A stretch of DNA of 64,000 nt from Eledone cirrhosa. Taxonomy: Eukaryota. The position numbers were made by a program, and so were the translations under genes. Location of the stretch: contig OZ024741.1 of the NCBI GenBank assembly GCA_964016885.1, positions 81,220,001-81,284,000 on the forward strand. The letters are read 5' to 3'. The notes below the pieces were generated by a model. It was given only the letters and a program-made list of their open reading frames with translations. It was not told the origin of the DNA and searched no databases. Shown piece by piece: positions 11,880 through 24,421 of the stretch. Within the stretch, counting starts at the first letter, position 1. Each line of letters starts with the position of its first letter.

Positions 11880-13250
11880 CAACACCACACAGCGTCACAG
11901 CCCAGGAAATTTACTGATGTACCACCTTGGTGAAGAGGCAACAGAATGCAGATGCAGTACAGACTGTAGCAACAGAGCAACAATCTTTAGACAAGGCAAA
12001 AAAAAATTAGGACTTGGCAACATCAGATACAAAGCCAAAATCATTCATACCAACATCGAAGACCACCACAAATGATGGACCTAGGGTGGCCACTACTGAC
12101 ACCTACCCAAATGTCATGTCAGTGGTCACGGCTGTCACCGCAAATGTCACACCAGTTGTACTGATAAATGTCAAAGGTCTGGTAAAATGTACCAACATCA
12201 GTATAATCTATCTGAGAGACCTAGCCACAAGAAATCAAGCAATATGCTGGGCACTAACTGAAACACACCTCACATCTAGCATAGTAGATATGAAACTCAT
12301 GGCGGAGTTGCTTTGTACATCCATGATGATATCACACCCTTAGTACTGTTGACACATTCCAACTCATTCTGTGACATACTAATAGTACATATAAACTAAC
12401 TCACAAATAAATTAGTAATGTGTCACATCAGCCACTAAACACTCTTAGTCATTAGGACAAGTCTCAGGAAGATGGAAGTACTACTAACCAAACTAGATCA
12501 GTCTCAACATATTACTGCTGGGAGATTTTAAACTCTCCACGTTTACAGGGGGCACTGCTGCTTGGGGTGGCCCTCTCAGACATGCTCTCTGTAGTACAGA
12601 CCACCTCCCTTACTATCTAAGCTGATGACATGAAAGCAGCATAGGCAATTAAGCTCTAATGCCACTCTCTTTCAATAAGATTTGGATGCCGTATACAAAT
12701 GAGCTGAGAACAACAATATGCAAACACAAGGCTACACTGGACCAGGAGGAACTGAAATGCCTAAGTCGAAATTAAAACGAGACTTGGGTATTGACATGAG
12801 CAATGATGCATCATTTCATGCACACATCAGCAAAATGGCACCAATGTGCAGATGACTGGCTGGTTGGATTCTGAGGACTTTCAGGACAAGAGACTGGGGA
12901 ACTATGTTGATCCTCTGGAGGATATTTGTCCTCAGCCAACAGGATACTGCTTTTATATATGGCCACCGTACAGTGTCAAACTAACTGCAGAACTTGAAGC
13001 AATCCAATGAAGCTAAATCAAGAAGGTTGCCTCAACGGAGAAGATAAGTTACTGGGAAAGGCTGAAAGAACTAAAGTTCTACTCCATGGAATTAAGATGG
13101 GAGAGATATGCAGTGATATACATATGGAAGATCCTGGAATGACTAGCATCAAACATTGGCATTGAGAGCTGGATCAACCCTTGAAAAGGATGACACTGTA
13201 TCATGCCAAAGGTCTTATCCTAAAGACTAGATACAGTAATATTCTGTGGT
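11880..13250 (+). mobile_element. Internally deleted, decayed CR1-type LINE (APE endonuclease start + RT C-terminus)
   Basis: INVKGL...ALTETHL and LLGDF (APE motifs); then RDLGIDMSNDASFHAHISKM...AGWILRTFRTR...LEAIQ...YWERLKELKFYSMELRWERY..IYIWKIL with stops. Confidence 0.85.
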
Positions 13251-13254
13251 TCAT

Positions 13255-13670
13255 GTTTTTGTGTGTGATGTGTATTTGTGCATATCTTATGCATGTCTTT
13301 ATATGAGTGGAGGCATCTTTATCTGTATATGTGTGTGTGTGAGCATATCTTTATCTGTATATGTGTATATATTTATCTGTATATGTGCATATATTTATCT
13401 GTATATCTGCATATCTTAATATGTATGCATGTCTTTATATACGAGTTGGTGTATATCTATATATTTATGTGTGTGTCTATCTATATATGCATCCATGTCT
13501 TTATATATGATTTGGTGTATATTCATATCTATATATTTATGTGTGTCCTATCTATACATGTATCCATGGCTTTATATATATTTTGGTGTATATCCATATC
13601 TATATATTATGTATGCGTCTATCTATATATGTATCCATGTCTTTATATGAGTGAGTGCATATCTTAATGT
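13255..13670. repeat. Degenerate (TA/TG) low-complexity satellite
   Basis: Direct reading; explains the MCVYI-type ORFs. Confidence 0.9.
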
Positions 13671-14629
13671 GCGCATATGCAAGCATTACCTACTACAGTC
13701 AATGGCTGAGAAAAGTATCTAGTAATATTACCTTGAATGAATGAAAATGAGTACCCCACCCCCAAAAAAACAGTAAACAAAAAATAAATGAAAACTTAAA
13801 TAAACAAAAAAATAAATGAAAACTTAGTATTTAGAAGTGATTTTTGTTGAATTTTTGGATTATCTCAGATTTTTGAGGGGTGATGATGTTATTTTAATCT
13901 TTTCATACAAATTGTTATATCAAACTTTCTTCTAACTTTTTTTTTTATTTTTATCATATACTCATTTCCATTTTATTTTTATCCATTTTATTAATAAAAA
14001 AACATCTTCTGAATAACATCTATCTATATTTGAAAAATGGAGTAAAAAACAGCAGACAAGTATGCATCTACCTAGCCACCATAACACAGTAAGCACAGAT
14101 ATACATAAACATATATATATATATACATACATACATATATATATATATATACACAGACACACACATACATACATAGTAAAAGGCTGCGTTTTATACAATC
14201 AATTTAAGTTTCTCTGAAAGATCATGCAGTCATGTTCTTGGAGATCTTTTCCAAAAATAATATTCCTTAGGCAAGAATCCACATGCCAAACGAGGAGGAC
14301 AGAACATTTTGCAAACACTGATGAAATGCAGTTATAAGATAAAAAGAGAAAACAAAAACTCCAAAACAAAACAACAAAAAAGAAATTGTGAGATGATCAG
14401 GATTAGCTTTTCATGCTCCTGAGAGAGTTGCTGTCGAATTTAAATTAAATGAAGATATGCATGCACACGTCGAGTGGTAGGTGAGCTGTATCGCACACAA
14501 GTGGTATAAGTAGAATGGCGGTATTTAAAACTGACTCAAGTAGCTTATCCTCTGATTGGCAAGTTAATAAACAGCCAGTTTGTTAAGTTTAATAATAGGA
14601 GTTGGTTTATGCTAATTAAAAAGGTAAAT

Positions 14630-14908
14630 TTGTAGAGATCTTAGAATGTCAGCTAAAATGCTTTGTGGTATTTGTTCAGCTCTTTGCGTTCTGAGTTCAA
14701 ATCACGGTGTGGTCAATTTTGCTTTTCATACTTTTAACCTTTTAGCATTCACATTACTCTATATATACTATTGTATTTTGGTAGTAAACACTTTATCTTA
14801 CATAATTATCTCATATAATATCGAATCTATGAGATTTTGATGTTATTTATCTTGAGAACAATACCTTAACATCAGTATGAGTGGCTAGTTACAGCCGATT
14901 TGAACAAG
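14630..14908 (+). mobile_element. SINE 5' half interrupted at TTAA (14734-14737) by a truncated MITE family A
   Basis: SINE ...ctgagttcaaatcacggtgtggtcaattttgcttttcatac breaks into ccttttagcattcacattactct, homologous to 15529 and 19185. Confidence 0.75.
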
Positions 14909-15528
14909 TTTAGATGGATCCTTTATCAGTTTCAACAATGAGCATTACATTATTCACATCAATCAACTGAATATATGACTCATTAACCTTTTTGTTAATA
15001 CACTTCTTCAGTTTCAATTAATTTTGAAAATAATCAAGAATTTAGTGTGATCAATAATTTCATTATTTTGATGGTGAGTTGCACATAACCATTTTGCTAC
15101 GATATTTCTAAGGAAATACACTTTATGTTCTTAATTGATGAAGAATTTTGAGGGAATTACCGAAATTGATTATTTCATCATTAAAATAGAATTTGTAACA
15201 ACGTATTTTTTATATATATAAAATTATATTGGAAAGTCTTAATTAGAAAAAGAACCCTTTAATATGGGTGGGTTTGCTTCATAGAACTGATGTTGGTTTT
15301 GAAAAGGGCTAAAATAATCTGTAAAAGACTGAATATTCCACAAGCTTGTACCCATAATGTAATTCAAGAGCCAAATCAGCATAACACAAGATGTGACACG
15401 GTTTTACATTTGAATTACAGGTACAATACATCATACAGGCCCCCACTTAGCTTTTGTCTACCTAATTACACTCACAAAGTTTAGCTCAACCCAAGGCTAC
15501 GGTAAAGAAATTCATGAAAGACTGTTAA

Positions 15529-15750
15529 CCCTTTAGCATTTATATTACTCTACATATACACTATTGTATTTTTCTGGTAAGGCTTTATCTTACATAATTA
15601 TCTCACAAAAAATCGAATCTATGAGATTTTGATGCTATCTATTTTGAGAACGATACATTAACGTCAGTATGAGCAGCCAGTTATTGATGGCTTGAACAGA
15701 AAGAGGTGAGAAAATTCTGGCTGGATACGGCCTGTTTAAATGCTAAAGTG
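15529..15750 (+). mobile_element. piggyBac-like MITE family A (~220 bp)
   Basis: TTAA|CCCTTTAGCATTT...AAATGCTAAAGTG|TTAA; termini related to the 1.25-kb piggyBac. Confidence 0.88.
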
Positions 15751-17242
15751 TTAAAAGACATCTTGGCAGTGTCTTCTCGATTAGACTTGGGTTAAAAAAT
15801 TTGATGTTCTGAGTACAAATATTGTAAATTTGAGCAGCAAAATTTTGATTTGCATGGCACCAATAAAGTGACTGTGTGGCCACACATCTGCACATCTTAG
15901 AAGGAACGTTGGATAGATGGAAACAGAATGGATGTACAGCAGATGGGCTGTGCCTAAAATTTATATAAAAGCTCCACCTTCTCACACTGTATAATCTACT
16001 GAAGAATTACATGAAAAGTAATCCAACAAGTAAGGTTGTTAATTTGACTAAGCAACTGTTCTCAGTGGAAGAATCAATCATTTATTGAAACCGTTGTGGC
16101 ATCCATTCATATATATTATATATACACAAAAGGGTGTCTCTGACTGGATGCCTTCCTAATGCTCCCCCGCCCCACAATATATACATTATTCATAAACATA
16201 CATATATAATGTCCATCACACATCTGCTTGGAAGAACGCACATGTGATGATGGTTATAATAATGACACACACACACAAAGGAAGAAGGGGAAAAGAGGGA
16301 GGTTCAGAGAAGGAGAGATAGCAGAAAGGGAGAGCAGGAAAGATAGAAAGGGAGAGCAAGGGAAGGAGAATGGTGAGAGAGAGATTGTGTGTGTGTGCAT
16401 TTAAAATCCTGTTTTTTATTTCCCCCAGTGTAAATTAACCAAATGTTCCATAGTATTTCCACTGACCAAATATCCAATATCCCTCTCTCTTTATCTATCG
16501 CTCTCTCCATGTAAATAAAAAAAAAAATAGAGAAGGGACATTAAAGTAAATATTCAACCCAACAGATTAGATCTATAGCAATGTTACAGAATCCATAGCC
16601 ACAATACCAAATATACCACTTCTAAACTTCTACTGAGAACACGCATGCTTAAATGCACAAACACACAATTTCTAATGCAACCACCTTACTCACACAGATA
16701 GAAAAAGATAACGACACAGTATTCCATAAGCAACTTTACAATGTAAGTACAAACATATTTCTTACACACACACACACACACATATATGCAAAGAAAGACA
16801 GATAAAGTCATTTTACACGCACACACTTTATTTCAATTCCTTTTCTTGTTTATAGTCTTCAGATTATTTTTGTTTGTCTCATATATACATATATATATAC
16901 ACACTCCCATGGGGTCACATATATACACATAAATATATGTAAACATATACACACACCCAGCATTACAGACACTAATACCAACAAGCATATCAGTACATAC
17001 AACACATTTCTCTAAACTGTGATAGCCATGCCTTCCCAACTGTAATAAAAGTTACATTAAAGCAGCTTTTTATTACAGGTCAGAATACATTAAGATCCTT
17101 GGTTGTGATGTCAACCAGTTGGTTTTTGCCTATTTTGGTTCAATGCTCCCTTATCAGAGTCATCTTTGCCTAGGAATCATTGATTTCTAATATACAGCAG
17201 ATGGTCACAAATATTGAGGGAAGGGCTATGATAAGTGATTAA

Positions 17243-17805
17243 CCCTTTTGATACCAAATCATTTGAAACCACCCCTGATTCTATGATATAAAACTGTTTA
17301 TATTCATTTAAAAGCTTCACATCATAATTTTATGTAAGAATCTTTCTTAGTGGATTGGTGGATCAAAATGCATTATAGCATTTAGTTATGGCACTTTATA
17401 TTCTGAGGTCAACTTTGCCTTTCATCCTTTTGAAGTTGATAAAATAAAATACTGGTAAAGTATTGGTGTCAATTTAATTGATTTTCTCCTCCCCAAAAAT
17501 TACTGGCCTTGCGTTCTAAGTTAGAAACAATTTATGCTCCAAATGCCAGTTTAAGTCATTCATTACTATATTTCTTATAAGAGTCACTGCCTATTATTTT
17601 CAAATCATTCTGAAAATAATCAAGAATTTGAAGAGATTTAGTAATACAACTAACTTTCTCATTATTACAGTACTTTCTGGAACATAAATATTTCCATGTA
17701 AAATTATAATGGAAGATTTTTAGATAAATACAGTCATTTTAAAAATAAACAGCTTGTTTAACATAGAACCAGGGGCATTTTGAGGTGGTTTGGTCTAAAA
17801 AGATT
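17243..17805. mobile_element. MITE family B with nested SINE (~17350-17530), joined to an inverted MITE B copy
   Basis: TTAA-CCCTTTTGATACC start; SINE core ggtcaactttgcctttcatcctt; opposite-orientation MITE B from ~17575. Confidence 0.7.
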
Positions 17806-18821
17806 TGACGCATTCTCAGGGAGATTCAATATGACAGAGTGTGACAAGGCTGCATCGACCTGAGGCTATGATAAAAGAGACTTGCTAACAATGTCACACA
17901 ATGGGATCAAACTCAGAACCTTGTGATAGCCAAGAGAACATCTGGTCATCTATACAGGCCAATTAACATTAATGCACACAATCTAATCTGTAAAAAGCAA
18001 AACTAATTTGGTCATGTGGTGGTGTTTATGACAGCAGTGAAAGTGGTGTCGATGGTAGTGGTAGTTTTAGTGGCTACAAAAACACATATCACATATGCTC
18101 ACACAGAAAGATAGATATACACACACATACATTTATATACATACATATACGCATACATATGTACATGCATTTATCCATACATAAACATACACACACAGAC
18201 ATACATGTATATACATATAGAAATACATACATACATATATATATATATGCACACAGACACACACATATATATATAAACTGACACAGATGGATGTATATCC
18301 ATCTGTACATACACCTACATATACATATATACAAACACACACGCAGCTATAGATACATACACAAGTACCTACATTTATACATTCATGCACACAGTTTGCA
18401 TACAAAATTTGTGGTAGACAAACAATGAAATATGTAAACAGACTGGCCATTGTGATGATGATGATGATAGCAATGGTGATAATGATGGTAATAGTGGTGG
18501 TGATGAATATAGCGATGATTTTGATAATGATGATGATGGTGGTGATGATAATAATAACAGGTGACATCACTGCAGACCATTTCATATGTGAACTGAAATG
18601 GATGGGTGAGTGGATGCAAGGAGGTGGTGTCAGGGTAGAAAATAGAGGGGGATGGTTCATTAACTTTCTATAGTTTTTTTTTTTGTTATATTGATGAGGA
18701 TGGTATAGGTAGTCATGGTAACAATAATAGTGGTGGTGATGAAGAGATAGGAGAAGTAGATGTAGTGGTGATAGTGTAAGTAGTTATTGCAGTGGTAGTG
18801 GTGTTGAGGATGCTGTGGGTA

Positions 18822-18991
18822 GTGGTGGTGGTGGAAGGGAGAGGTGGTGGTGGTGGAAGGGAGAGGTGGTGATGGTGGAAGGGAAAGGTGGTGATGGTGG
18901 AAGGGAGAGGTGGTGATGGTGGAAGGGAGAGGTGGTGATGGTGGAAGGGAGAGGTGGTGATGGTGGAAGGGAGAGGTGGTGATGGTGGAAG
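18822..18991. repeat. 22-bp purine-rich minisatellite (GGAAGGGAGAGGTGGTGATGGT), ~7.5 copies
   Basis: ggaag recurs at 18833, 18855, 18877 and onward. Confidence 0.95.
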
Positions 18992-19184
18992 TGATATGCA
19001 CTGAAAGGGTGGATTAATATTCCGAATCTCATCTTAATTAGCTGATAGAATAAATAAGTAGGAACAGTGAGTTAGTAGCAAGTAAAATAAAAGTGGTGGA
19101 GATGGTGGTGGCATTGGTGGTGGTGACGACGCTCAGAACATCTGATGGAGTTGTAAGGGTGCTGTCATATCGCGGCCATTTTAA

Positions 19185-19391
19185 CCCTTTAGCATTTACA
19201 TTACTCTATATTTACTCTCGTATTTTCATGGTAAAGGCTTTACCTCACATAATATTGAAGCTACGAGATTTTGATGCTATTTATTTTGAGAAGAATATCT
19301 TAACATCAGTATGAGTGGCCAGTTACAACTGGTTTGAACAGAAAGAGGTGAGAGAATACTGGCCGGATACAGCCGGTTTAATGCCAAAAGG
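19185..19391 (+). mobile_element. piggyBac-like MITE family A (~207 bp)
   Basis: TTAA|CCCTTTAGCATTTA...TAATGCCAAAAGG|TTAA; homologous to 15529-15750. Confidence 0.88.
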
Positions 19392-19619
19392 TTAAACCTC
19401 TATGTTTGAGCAGAGTCAGAGAAAGATGACTCTGAGAGGAAGATGAGTATGAGGAGAAAGAGGATTACTGACTCTTGTACTGGACTGGTATTTTATTGAT
19501 CCTTCAAAGGAAAAGATGGCCTCTGGAATTTGAACTTAGAGCACAGAAAGCTGCAACAAATACTACAAAGCATTCTATCATAAAATTCTAATGACTCTGC
19601 TACTGAAGCATATACACAG

Positions 19620-19659
<40 letters not shown>

Positions 19660-19949
19660 GTGTATATATATATATATACACTGGCAGACTGGGGAAAACT
19701 ACATTAACCATTCACAAATAATTTTTTTCTTCCTCCATGTTTTAACCAGTAGAAATAACCTGTTCAGAATTTAATCTTCAGAACTTTCACTAGGGGGTTT
19801 TACTCTACCAATAGTTTATCAACCAATGAAAAGGTGACATCCAAAGTTGAACCCCTCATGATCTGAACTGAAAACTTAAACTTTTCATTCCCAAACTATG
19901 TCTATAATTTTTTAAATAACCAAGCATTTTGAGAATTCAGTAATACAAA

Positions 19950-20754
19950 TACTGTATATACTCGAATACAAGCCAAGAAACATGTGACAAAAAAATAAAA
20001 TAAAATAAAAAAAATCCATGGTAAAATGGGAGAGGGTGGTGGTGGCTTATATTTGAGGTCAGTATTTTGCCAATTTTCACCAACTTCAAATTCTATATAG
20101 CAATGTTTTTCTAATTTACATTGTTGTTATTTATGCATTCCCTTGAAAATATTTGAACATTCCAAAACATAAATATTCCATACACATGCATACACACACA
20201 TACATACATGTTTTTCTCTGACAATACTTTTTCTTTCAATCGTATGTTAGATTGAAATGTTACTTATTTTATTTTATTGCTCTCTTTCCCTTCTCGCTCT
20301 CTCTTTTTTTCGCTCAGCCTCTCATCTCTCTTCCTCAGCCTCTCCTCTCATCTCATCTCACTTGCTGTCTCTCCCTCCCTCTTCTACTCTAGGAATCCCT
20401 CTACAAAGTTCTCCATTTGATCTCTTGCTTTCAAAGTACTCCTAGCATGTGAGTGACTGAAAGTAAACAAATATTCCAGAAACTTGTTGAAACTCAATGT
20501 AATGAAAACTCATTATGTAATGGAGTTGTGAAACAAAAATATACTCTAACCATTAACCCATTTTAAACATCAAAATATTAAAATTTATAAATATATTTTA
20601 TACTCATGAGAAAACCTCACAATCTAAACAAAATGTGTTGTTGATTAGCTGCTTCAGCTTATAAATAGGGTTTGAAGTTTTGCCCATTTGTCAGACATAA
20701 AATAGGGGGTATCGCATTTTATTCAGATTCGCTTATATTCGAGTATATACAGTA
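19950..20754. mobile_element. Tc1/mariner-superfamily (Tc2/pogo-type) non-autonomous element nested in a MITE B copy
   Basis: Perfect 19-bp inverted repeat TACTGTATATACTCGAATA (incl. TA) at both ends; flanks rejoin as MITE B sequence (cagtaatacaaa-TA-agtttgtcattattaag). Confidence 0.88.
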
Positions 20755-20873
20755 AGTTTGTCATTATTAAGTTGGTGTTTTAGAGCATAATGTAATGAAG
20801 ATTCTTACATAAAATTTAAGTTTTGTAGTGTAGAACCAGGAGTAGTTTCAGGTAGTTTGGTAAATGTTAAACA

Positions 20874-21095
20874 ACATACCTTGGCAATATTTCCATGTCA
20901 CATTTATATAAATAGTTTCTTTCTTACAGAAATATGCTGAAATCATTTTATATCTTCAAACCTTCTTGTTTTAGTAAAACCATTTTGGAGGAAATACAAA
21001 AAAACACCAAAACATGGTATAACTTTCCAATTCTGAATCTGTGTAACTTACCTAGAAGAAAAAAAAAAAAGAAAAAGAAAAGCAATGTCAAATTT
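20874..21095 (-). other. Candidate recursive splice site (junction 21052/21051) with 172-nt cryptic exon and downstream donor
   Basis: Minus strand reads TTTGAC..ttttctttttc(t)n cttctAG|GTAAGT; second donor AAG|GTATGT at 20880/20879; cryptic exon has stops in all frames. Confidence 0.65.
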
Positions 21096-21298
21096 TATAA
21101 TAAACTTGTGTGAATATTTAAGAAATCCATAACTGAACTGTAATTACTAAAAAGAAATATAAAAGATTATATATTTTCAAAAGTGTGTGGCCTAGTGGTT
21201 AGGGGGACTGGACGATATGTAATTTACATAAAAAAAAAAAATCTGCTGTAACTCTACATTCAATACATTATCCCTCTGTAAATAGAGACAGACATAGT

Positions 21299-21343
21299 TA
21301 TCTTCTGATGAGGATACAAAAGTCTGTGAAATGCATAAAGGTA
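21299..21343 (+). ncRNA. Minimal type I hammerhead ribozyme motif (Penelope-type), weak stem II
   Basis: tatctt-CTGATGA-ggatac aaaa gtctgt-GAAA-tgca-TA-aaggta: 6-bp stem I, palindromic ATGCAT stem III. Confidence 0.55.
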
Positions 21344-21754
21344 TTCTGTTATGTTTTCTTGAATACACACACAGACATACACACATGCAGGTGGTTTTCC
21401 AGCATGTCAACTGTACAATGACTAAAACCAATAATACATATATAGACATTTACTTCATGATTAGCTTTATTTTTACAAATGTATTTGGAATCCGATGGTC
21501 TTGTCTACTAGATGCTTTGTTTATTGTTGGCTTTGTTTCCTGACTGTATTATGTGCATATAGGGCATTCAACGATTGCTTGCATTTGTTCTGGGCGTGTC
21601 TTCATTTGGATTTGTGTCTGAGGGTCCTACTTGCTTGATTATATATATATATATATAGTGTATATAAGTGTAGAGTGTATGTATGTGTATTTAGGGTAGT
21701 TATCGATGGTGAATAGACTGGTTGGAGCAATAACGGTCTTGTTTATATATATAT

Positions 21755-22294
21755 TATAAAAAAGTACAGGGCGATCAAAATAAACGGTAGCTACGGAGTA
21801 GGCAGACCCAGAAAAACCTGGGATGACTTGATAAAATCCGACCTCACACACTTACACCTCTCCAAGACAATGTCACTGGACTGAGATCGTTGGCGCTACG
21901 TAGTTATACAGAAGACCCGCCTTGCCTAAGTACAAAGCGAAACCTACAGTCAGTAGGCACCTCTTAACCAAAATACACTCCCGTCCCACTAACCCCACCC
22001 CCCACCACCATCTACACCACCCCTTTCGATGTAAAGCTATGTTGGTACCACAACATCTGGTCCTAAATAAATGGTGTCACGACAAAAAAAAACACAGTCC
22101 ATGCTGTAATGTGGACGTGTAGGTAACACGGTAAAAACCTCCCAGTCCACACTGTAAACGTGGTTGGTGTTAGGAAGGGCATCCAGCCGTAGAAAACCTG
22201 CCAGACAGGCCTGAGCAAGACAACCAATCTTGCCTCAAGTGGGACAATTCCCGTCCAGACCCATGCTAGCGTGGAAGATGGATGTTAAACGATG

Positions 22295-22300
<6 letters not shown>
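21755..22300 (+). mobile_element. Short 5'-truncated RTE copy
   Basis: Homologous to 3910-4460 (GVGRPRKTWD..., 3' UTR, (GAT)n tail). Confidence 0.92.
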
Positions 22301-22389
<89 letters not shown>

Positions 22390-22451
22390 CACACACACAC
22401 ACACACAGATGGAGAGCTAGACACAAACATAATACATACATACACTCACAC

Positions 22452-22773
22452 AGAAAGAAGGTACCAAATTTAACACAGGAAAGATCAACAATATGAAGAA
22501 AAACTTGCCAGACAGACAATACCACCACCATCACTATTACCAACACTAATACAATTGCTACCATCTTCACCTCCACATAAGGAATGATGATGGTGGGATG
22601 GAGGTAAAACAAGAAAGAAGGTACCAAATTTAACACAGGAAAGATCAACAATATGAAGAAAAACTTGCCAGACAGACAATACCACCACCATCACTATTAC
22701 CAACACTAATACAATTGCTACCATCTTCACCTCCACATAAGGAATGATGATGGTGGGATGGAGGTAAAACAAG
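22452..22773. repeat. Apparently perfect 160-bp tandem duplication
   Basis: agaaagaaggtaccaaatt...gaggtaaaacaag starts at 22452 and again at 22612. Confidence 0.95.
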
Positions 22774-23279
22774 ATGGTGGACAAGTTTATCAAAACCAAA
22801 GAGTGATGACAATGCTGATGAAGATAATCTCTAACAGATTCCATTTGATGAAAGAGTTTAAAAATAGTCTCTGAGGAGCATTGTGCTGGATAGGAGTGGA
22901 GGTCAGGAGGAGGTAAGGGTAGAGTGTGTAATGGAGGCAGATATCGCTAATAGGATATAGAATCAATATGGGATGTTATACAAACTAATTCACAGGTTGC
23001 ATATTCTACTGTTTTATATATATCAGCAGAAAATACACATCGTAAAACAGACAGCTGCATCTCTACCTTGTCAGCCACCTTGCTGGCATGCAATTTCATG
23101 CTTTAAGGTGGGACACACACACAAATATATATATAAAGCATGTATGCTGATGCCCATCTTTTTCAGTTCAGTGGGCTTATACGTCCCATTATTATTAGAT
23201 TATTTTATTTGGTCATAATTATGGCAAGATAAAATTCAATTTATTTATATGTGTGTGAGTGTGTGTATATATATACATA

Positions 23280-23809
23280 TCTTTCATTTTAAAGAGTTCC
23301 TAGATAATCCTTTCAACATAATCTCTGTCTGTCTTTTCCTTATGCATTCTCAAAGGGTTCGACCAAATCATATCAAATTTTACCAGGTAATATATTAGAC
23401 CCTGGAATTAACATGTAATTTTTATTTTCATTTGGATTAAAATAATATAACATTGTTTAATCCAAATAATCTAAAATAATCTACTATAGACAACTAAGTA
23501 AACTGATATTTTATAACACAACGACGGCGTCGTCACATTTTGTATATGAGTGCGTATGTGTCTGTGAGTGTGTTTGTGTGTTTGTTACGTACGTTACGCC
23601 TTACTAAGTTACACACACACACACACACACACACATCTTCATGTAAATATTTAATCAAATACACAGAGAATTGAACACACACACACATCTACACATATGT
23701 GTAGACTGACAAGTTAATGTGTGTGAGTATACATACATTTCTGTGATGACTGACATAATGAAATGCAGGTATATATATATATGTATATCATTGTCATGAT
23801 ATATACATG

Positions 23810-23856
<47 letters not shown>

Positions 23857-24421
23857 ATATTATGCTGGTACGACAAAACATCCAGTCCGCACTGTAAAGT
23901 GGTTGTGTAGGTGTCACAACAAAAAGCACCCGGCACAAAACTGTAAATGTGATTTTAGGAAGGGCATCCAGCCAGAAACACTGCTATATGAGTGAGACAT
24001 GGTCACCCGACCCAACTTGCCTCTGAATGGGACAAACTCGTCAAACCCAGGCTAGCATGGAAGATAGACGTTAATCAAAGATGATGATGATGATATATAT
24101 ACAAGTATATCTATGCACATATATATATATGCTTTTCCCATGGTCAACTCTATGTTGGTCACTCACAAGTTGGAAGCAGCAACAATTTATTCATTTGCAC
24201 ACCAACAAAAAATTACACAATGAATATTGTTTACCCTGAAGTGCTTCAAGATTGACAGATTTTCATTTCTAAATCCTATTATAATTACAATTTGGATATA
24301 TTTTTATAAAATATAGATATTTTAAAATAATTATGAGGAAAAAAATATATCTTCATATTTATTGTTTACTAATCTGAATAAGAACAGCAGTAACCCGGGT
24401 AACACCGGGTCATACAGCTTG
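23280..24421 (+). mobile_element. Probable non-autonomous Helitron-like element, with nested RTE-tail element (~23860-24095)
   Basis: 3' hairpin acccgg-gtaaca-ccgggt followed by cagCTTG|T (CTAG variant); possible A|TC start and ctgtctgtc..atgcattc..ccaaatc block near the 5' end. Confidence 0.5.

Noticed and set aside
12620-12645. CTGATGA...GAAA as a hammerhead
   Set aside because: No room for stem II; it corresponds to the ADD codons of the CR1 RT remnant.
13720-13790. Minus-strand ttcAAG|GTAATA juxtaposition
   Set aside because: AAG acceptor and weak donor; not a convincing recursive site.
21480-21640. Minus-strand ECPICT..Y..ET resembling a GIY-YIG N-terminus
   Set aside because: Too short and degenerate to support.
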